Shown: positions 52,085 to 64,000 of the stretch, one piece after another
Numbering within the stretch: position 1 is the first letter of the stretch
How the letters are laid out: each line of letters starts with the position of its first letter
Assembly: GCA_964247055.1 (NCBI GenBank)
Contig: OZ176052.1
Location: 4,836,001-4,900,000, forward strand
DNA from: Paragordius varius
Taxonomy: Eukaryota; Animalia; Nematomorpha
Direction of reading: 5' to 3'
Length of the DNA: 64,000 nt
Notes under the pieces: model-generated
Seen by the model: the letters and a program-made list of their open reading frames with translations, nothing else
The model's database searches: none
Told to the model about the DNA's origin: nothing
Made by a program: the position numbers and the translations under genes

Positions 52085-52412
52085 AGTCATGACGTGTGTG
52101 CATTAGCCATATATAATACCATGAATAAACTACTATTTCTGTTTATATGTTAGATGCTTTTGATAAATTCGATTTTTAAGCTTAAAAGTCAAATAAATAC
52201 GATATTTTGCAAAAATGGTGTGAATGGCGTCGAGGTATCTTATGGAACTTTTTTTCAAATCTAAATTTTATTTAATTTTGGCTTAATATAATTTTTTATT
52301 AGGATAGAGGCATGAATATAATTTGGCACAGCTTCTTTCAGTAGTTTTCCAAGAATATAAAATTAAATATAGTTTGGGGTCTCTAGAGATCCCAATTTGT
52401 ACCGAAGTTTCA
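52085..52412 (-). mobile_element. Inverted, decayed arm of family B
   Basis: Reverse complement of the MITE left end (ggatagaggcat...ttcagtagtttt...tttggggtctctagagatcccaatttgtaccgaagtttcaa). Homologous to ~43870-44200. Confidence 0.65.
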
Positions 52413-52483
52413 ATATACCGATAGCTCTATCCAGGTAATCAAGAGCAGGATCATTTTGTGCGAATTCATTCATTATATTTGGC

Positions 52484-58154
<5,671 letters not shown>

Positions 58155-58939
58155 AGTGACATATTCCTATTTATTTAACTCATCTAGTCAATCTAAAACT
58201 CTACTAGTCAATTTTTGTTTTGTATTTATATATATTTACAGTTGTGCTCACCTTATTGTTAGACAATTTATAATACAGTAGTGTATGGTATAAAAAATTT
58301 TTCCATAATTAAATGAACAAATTTAATGCTGTGATAGGTAAAAAATTTTAATTTTAACCAATTGTTATTTTTTTACCCATCCGCTACTGTATTTACAATT
58401 GGACAAAAATAATGTGAATTGGCCAACTTAATTGGTTTGCTATATTTTAAAAACAATCTTTTTTTCAAACAAGTCTCAGTTTTTTTGAATGAACTCTGAA
58501 TAATTATATATGAAACATTACAATACTTGTGTGATTCAAAAAATGACCCCAATGTGATATATTGCCAATCTTTTCAATCATTTACAATAAATTTTTAAAT
58601 TATCAATTTGGATGTTGGTTTACGGCTATAATTGGTTGTATGTTCACAAATGCAGCAAACCGTGATAAATACTTAATTTGATATATATAAAACGATTTCA
58701 ACTAAGTTAGCTTGTAGATGGATATTTGAGAAAACCCGTCTTGACAGAATTATTAATATTGACTCTTGTTTTATCTAAGATTATTTTTATCATATCGTAC
58801 AAATAAAACTTGTTTAGGGAAAGCATTTGCCCATGTTAGAGCTAGCAGCCCATTATTTTTGTTTGATATAAAATCTATATAATTTATACAATCGATTGCC
58901 TAGTATGTGTTTTCAGACGAGTCTAGACGCTTGAATATA

Positions 58940-59150
58940 CAGTGTGCGCATTAATGTTAACCAATTTACATAATTTTTGAGCAATTGGCAATACACTAGC
59001 GTATGAGTAAACAACAAAAATGGTTGAAAATTACAATTTTTTCCTATACATTAATTTTTATTCAGTTAAAGAATTTTTTGTATCATACGCTGCTACTTTA
59101 TACCAATTGGCCAACAATAATATATGTTACCAACATTAATGTGCATTAGT
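58940..59150. mobile_element. Tc1/mariner-like MITE family E, best-preserved copy
   Basis: ta|cagtgtgcgcattaatgtt ... aacattaatgtgcattag|ta: imperfect TIRs with TA flanks. Confidence 0.7.
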
Positions 59151-59768
59151 ATTTTGAGAACGGTCGAAATGAGTTCGTTTTTAATACGGTGTAAGTTTTG
59201 TCAAATGTAGAAGTCATAAAATATCTTATACGACAGGCTTCATTTTTAGCAAAAACTAAATTAGATATTTCCAGTTAACTAAATTACAGTTTATTTATAT
59301 GCAATCAAATATATAAACTGATTTAATAAAATATCAAAAACTTGTTCTGTTTACCATGTTTAAATGTATACCCTACATAAATTCCCTATATATTCTCATG
59401 ACTAAGCGTGTGTTAAACTTTATGAACAAGAGGAAAATGGTGATAAAATGAAATATACAGTTATTCTTACCGATAGTTAAAAAGAAAACTAATTAGATGG
59501 TATTTTACAACTACATAAAATGAAAAACCGACATTTCATATATCCCACACAGGCATGATTTTTAAAATAGAGGTAAGGCTAGATATTAAATACATGGTAA
59601 AAGGAATTGTAGTAATATTATTATGTTTTATTGATTGCAAAAAATGGTTTTAATCAAATTCGGCCCTTTTCGATGCAACATAATAAGAGTATTTTGAAAA
59701 ACAATTTGTAAACCATAAAAGTTCAATTAAAAATTATCGAATAGGGCTATATTGGATTGAATGTTATA

Positions 59769-59985
59769 CCATTTGCAATTCAAATTCACAATCAAACAAT
59801 TATCACCCTAAAATAAATTATGTGTTTATTAATAGTTTTTGTTTAAAATTAGTATAAATAATACTAAAAAATTAATAAACTATGCCATAAAATATATTTC
59901 ATATTAATGAGTGTTATATTAGTCCGAAAACACGTAATTCATTTATAGGGTGAATTTGAATTGTTTAAGGGTGAATTTTAGTTTT
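59769..59985. mobile_element. MITE family D
   Basis: Left end ta|ccatttgcaattcaaattcac; right arm gggtgaatttgaattgtttaagggtgaattt. Confidence 0.6.
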
Positions 59986-60841
59986 AAATATATATTACTG
60001 AAAAAAATAGCAGCCAAATGCCGTAGTCCCTTTGCCACAATAACAAAAGACTTTAAAATGCTAAATTAAGTAAATAGCCAATCCTCAATATGATTTAGAA
60101 ATACTAAAGGAAAATTTTCTAATGGTTGTCAAACATGTATAAAAGGGTTTAATAAATAAAAAAGAGATAAAAACAATTAGTAAAAAAAACTTAATTGGGA
60201 GGAAAAGGGATAGACCGAAAAAATGTAATGAATAAGATCGTTCGATAACATGCCATTAAATATAAACCATAATTTATTTTACTCAACTAATTTAGCAGAG
60301 TAGAACACAAAAAGCATACATATTCTCGAAATAAATCGACAAATAATTTATATTTGGTACTTTTTGCTTTTTCGTAAAACAACATTTTTAATCCAATGAT
60401 CAAAAAATTATAAATCTCTTAATATATAGGTAGGAATGAGAATTCATTAGCAAATTTGACCATATATAAATATTACATTTATTTATAAACTTCATATTAT
60501 ATTTATAAGGGTACTTGGTGAATTATCTATACAAAGTGGTTTGTGGCAAATGAGATAAAAAAGATCTTTTAGTATATCAAAAATCCCTTAAAAATAATCA
60601 CAATTAAAAGAATATATGGTTGTGCTCATACTTGATGGATAAAAAGAATAATAAATTATTTACATATAAAACACCTTATTAATGACAACTCCAATTTGCA
60701 TTAACTAATAATTTTAAGTATAAAATTACACTACTAAATCATAATGAAAAAGACACATCATCACCATCATTAAGAAACTACTTATGTAATCTAATCAAAT
60801 TTCCAAAAAATTTGCATATACATATAAACAATATCGTAGAA

Positions 60842-63711
60842 TTAGTCAATTTTAACAGTTGAATAAATTTTGTAGACAAATGCGGTAGTTCCCAAGAAAG
60901 CTATTGCACCACACATGATACCCAACCCAGAGCAAAATAAGGCCATGTAACAGAAATAAAACGTCGTTTGAAAGGTCCCATACATTTTCGTTTTGAAAAA
61001 GTAATAGTAGATGGCATACAGATAAACATATCTAAGCATATATGATATACAAAAGTAAGAAATGTTCTTTCAAATGTTTTGTATCAAGGATTGTCGGATC
61101 CAAAACTATTTATTAGCTTTTTTTGGAATCGTTTTGCCCAAAAAAGAATTGGAAATAAAAATAATTTTTTATTTTAAGTTTATATAATCATAATAAATTT
61201 ATTTTTAATAATTTATTTTTGAAATTGTAGTTGTTAGATTTACGGAAAAAATGGTATTTTTAACCATATTTTTATGCTAATTCATATTTTTCAAAATAAT
61301 TCATCATCATCATAAAGGGTAGGACTCCAGATTCGGAGTTTTCGTTCCATGAAGCAATTCATATTCATCATATTTATACTTAGTGGTAATCTGAGGAGGC
61401 GATTTTTTACGTAACACATGCCCTTGTGTGCAATCAAATGATTTTACAGATCATTAGAAACTGCATTTACCATTGCGAATTTTCCATGCCCTAGCCAACA
61501 CCGCAAGGAAGTGGCAATAGGATTTTGTTATTAAACACCAATACCATAGGCCTAAAAAACATGAATACAGTTCCGGTCCGAATACCTGTTTTAAAGATAT
61601 AAATTGCCACTCATATAAAAAAAAGTTTATGGGCTAAATTAGCCCTAAGAGGTGTATAATTGCCATACCCCGCAGTTGACGCTCCTGTAAAAAAGCTGGT
61701 CCATTGCCATCTGTAATCTTCGGCGTTGAGGAGAAAGTAGGTGGAAACGATCGTTACACAAACGACCACAACAATCAGAATAAACATTACAAGGAACATA
61801 AATCCATAAACATAGTAAATCTTGTAGGCCCAAAACGAGGTAAAAACAAAATACCTAACAGAGACATACATATGCGAACAAAAAAATGATATTCATATGA
61901 AGTAATAAAGTTAAAAAGGCGATTAATTATGTATATTCTTACATTTCAATAAATATGGATCCAAATGGCAACAATCCTCCCATTGATACTATGAACCACG
62001 GTTCCATAAACCTAAAAAGTTTAAATTTATTTTTTTGTATATTATAAATTCAATGAACTTAAATGGATTTAGAAATATTTTATGCAATTATTTGAAATGC
62101 TAACCATTTCTTTTCGGGTATCGGTCTAGGTACTGCATTAACCCGACAAGGGTAATGAGGTTGACCAGAAATATTTTTACCCAACACTGAACCAACTATA
62201 TTGAGTGGAAATATCACAAAAAAGCAAATTGAAGCAACGGCAATCTACAAGGAGATTAGAATAGGTTTATTTTTTAACTGTGATATATATTATAAATAAA
62301 TACCAAATATCCAAGCCTTTCAAAATTCAAAGTAAAATAGAAACTGTAAAAAATAACTAGATTGTTTTTCAATATATTTATAAAATAATGATTATATTAA
62401 CGCTAAAATTGAAAAATATTATTTAGGCAAATTGTTAGTCTTATAATTATGATTAATTTTAAACAACTAAAAAGTTACCATGGACACAAAGGGAATACTC
62501 TTAGACGCATGATAGTAAAGGGAGAAAAAATTGATGAAAAACGCCGTACCGCACACTAGATTAGGGAATAGGAATGTTGAAAAGAGCATTTGACGAACCC
62601 AATTTTTCCCTAATTAATATATTTATATATACCATTTACAGTTCAAATTCACCCTTAAATTCAAATTCACCCTTGAACAATTCAAATTACCTTTGAACAA
62701 TTCAAATTCACCCTAAAATAAATTATGGGTTTAGGTTATATATTACCTATATTTTTTTATATTTTTTTAAAAAAAATTGTATGCAATCGAAACAATGAAA
62801 AAATAATATACTTTGCCATAAAAATATATTTAATTTTAATGATGAATTATAATAGACTGAAATTTCATAATTTATTTTTAGGGTGAATTTGAATTGTTCA
62901 AGGGTAAATTTGAATTGTTTAAGGATGAATTTGAACTGTAAATGGTATTAATATATTGCAATTTAAGTAAATTATTTAACATCAAAATTCCATTTTTTAA
63001 ACTAATGAGAACATATATACCGCCATTTTTGGTATACAAGCTTGTTCCAATATAACCGTTGATTGGTGAAGTGATTGAAAACAAGAAAATAGCTGTGCTT
63101 AACAATGAAGCCCGTCTTTGAAAAACATAACAAAAATAGATTATATTTATATTATTTTGTTCAGTTTTAAGTACATTAACTGCTAAAATATTATAATAAC
63201 GTTTGTATACAAAATTTTATGATACGGAAAGTAAATTTATATTTTAAGTTAAAACAATATTTATCCATTCTTTATATAAAACTAAAAATTAAAGTTTTAA
63301 TCCAAAAATAACATTATAATTCGACTAAAATCTCTGTTAATTTATTATGACTAAAAATGCAACTATAAAAATTATTTTATTTTCTTGTTTCGCATGTTTA
63401 CTCCATAATTATTATTAACAAACATTACGTTATAATTTGACTAGGATGCTTCAATTATAATCATTTGAAAAAAACAAATGAAAATGTAAACGCAAAACAT
63501 ACTCAGTATAAAGTTCGCCCAGTATGGCAAATAGGATTAAAAGTAATGAGACAGTACATAATTGCACACCCGAACCAATGAGTGATGAAAAAAAGGTGTT
63601 GTGTCTAACAGGTCGAAACACATCTCCATGGATTTGTTTCCAACCATACTCATCGCCCAAATCTTTCTCCAAGTCGTCTAATTCATCGTCTTTACTGTAC
63701 CTTGCATAATC
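60842..63711 (-). CDS. TM9SF3: Transmembrane 9 superfamily member 3, 3' portion (5' exons lie beyond the window)
   Basis: Exons 63503-63711, 63021-63115, 62479-62609, 62105-62244, 61943-62011, 61669-61854, 60842-61031. They read [34 protein letters not shown]...[20 protein letters not shown]...[12 protein letters not shown]...KIYSTVKID*. Confidence 0.93.
62632..62945. mobile_element. MITE family D, complete (314 bp), in a TM9SF3 intron
   Basis: TA|ccatttacagttcaaattca ... tgaatttgaactgtaaatgg|TA with several 20-bp subterminal repeats per arm. Confidence 0.8.
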
Positions 63712-63883
63712 CTACAATAATACAACAAATTTGCAAAAATTATCTTTATAATTAGAAATAGCAATATTATTGGATAAATTATATTAAAATATGTTCTAAC
63801 AGTTTTTGCGTGAATTATTAAAATTGGTAAAAATATGATACTTTTAACCAAAAAGTATTATTAATCGGCATAAAATAATTAAA

Positions 63884-63921
<38 letters not shown>

Positions 63922-64000
63922 GAACTGCTTTTTATGTCGTAAATTAAATTAGAGAGGATATTTTGCAGAAATCTTAAAACACTATTATATAAGATGTAAA

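Overview
AT-rich animal (invertebrate) genomic DNA; the species cannot be identified from the sequence alone. Genes reconstructed by hand-splicing, in order: the 3' end of a DDX11/Chl1-like helicase (+, 1-206); an unknown low-complexity gene (-, ~716-2883); a CNC-bZIP (cap-n-collar/Nrf) transcription factor (-, 7221 to >=12331, probably 14721); a small DUF4536/DMAC1-like ORF (+, 28879-29163); RPL10A (-, 39866-41143); mitochondrial P5C dehydrogenase ALDH4A1 (+, 52484-58154); and the 3' half of TM9SF3 (-, 60842 to >63711). The rest is dense in transposons: non-autonomous Helitrons, a full-length RTE LINE with an 11-bp TSD inside a Helitron concatemer, TTAA-flanked MITE/foldback elements, Tc1-like and hAT-like MITEs, and fossil LINEs. 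The most striking signal is a class of ultra-short 21-28 nt GT-AG introns, required to restore three conserved proteins, in genes that also have 100-900 nt introns. RPL10A intron 3 (124 nt) carries a compact U76/SNORD76-like C/D snoRNA. All exon calls come from manual translation and protein families recalled from memory; no database search or RNA evidence was used.
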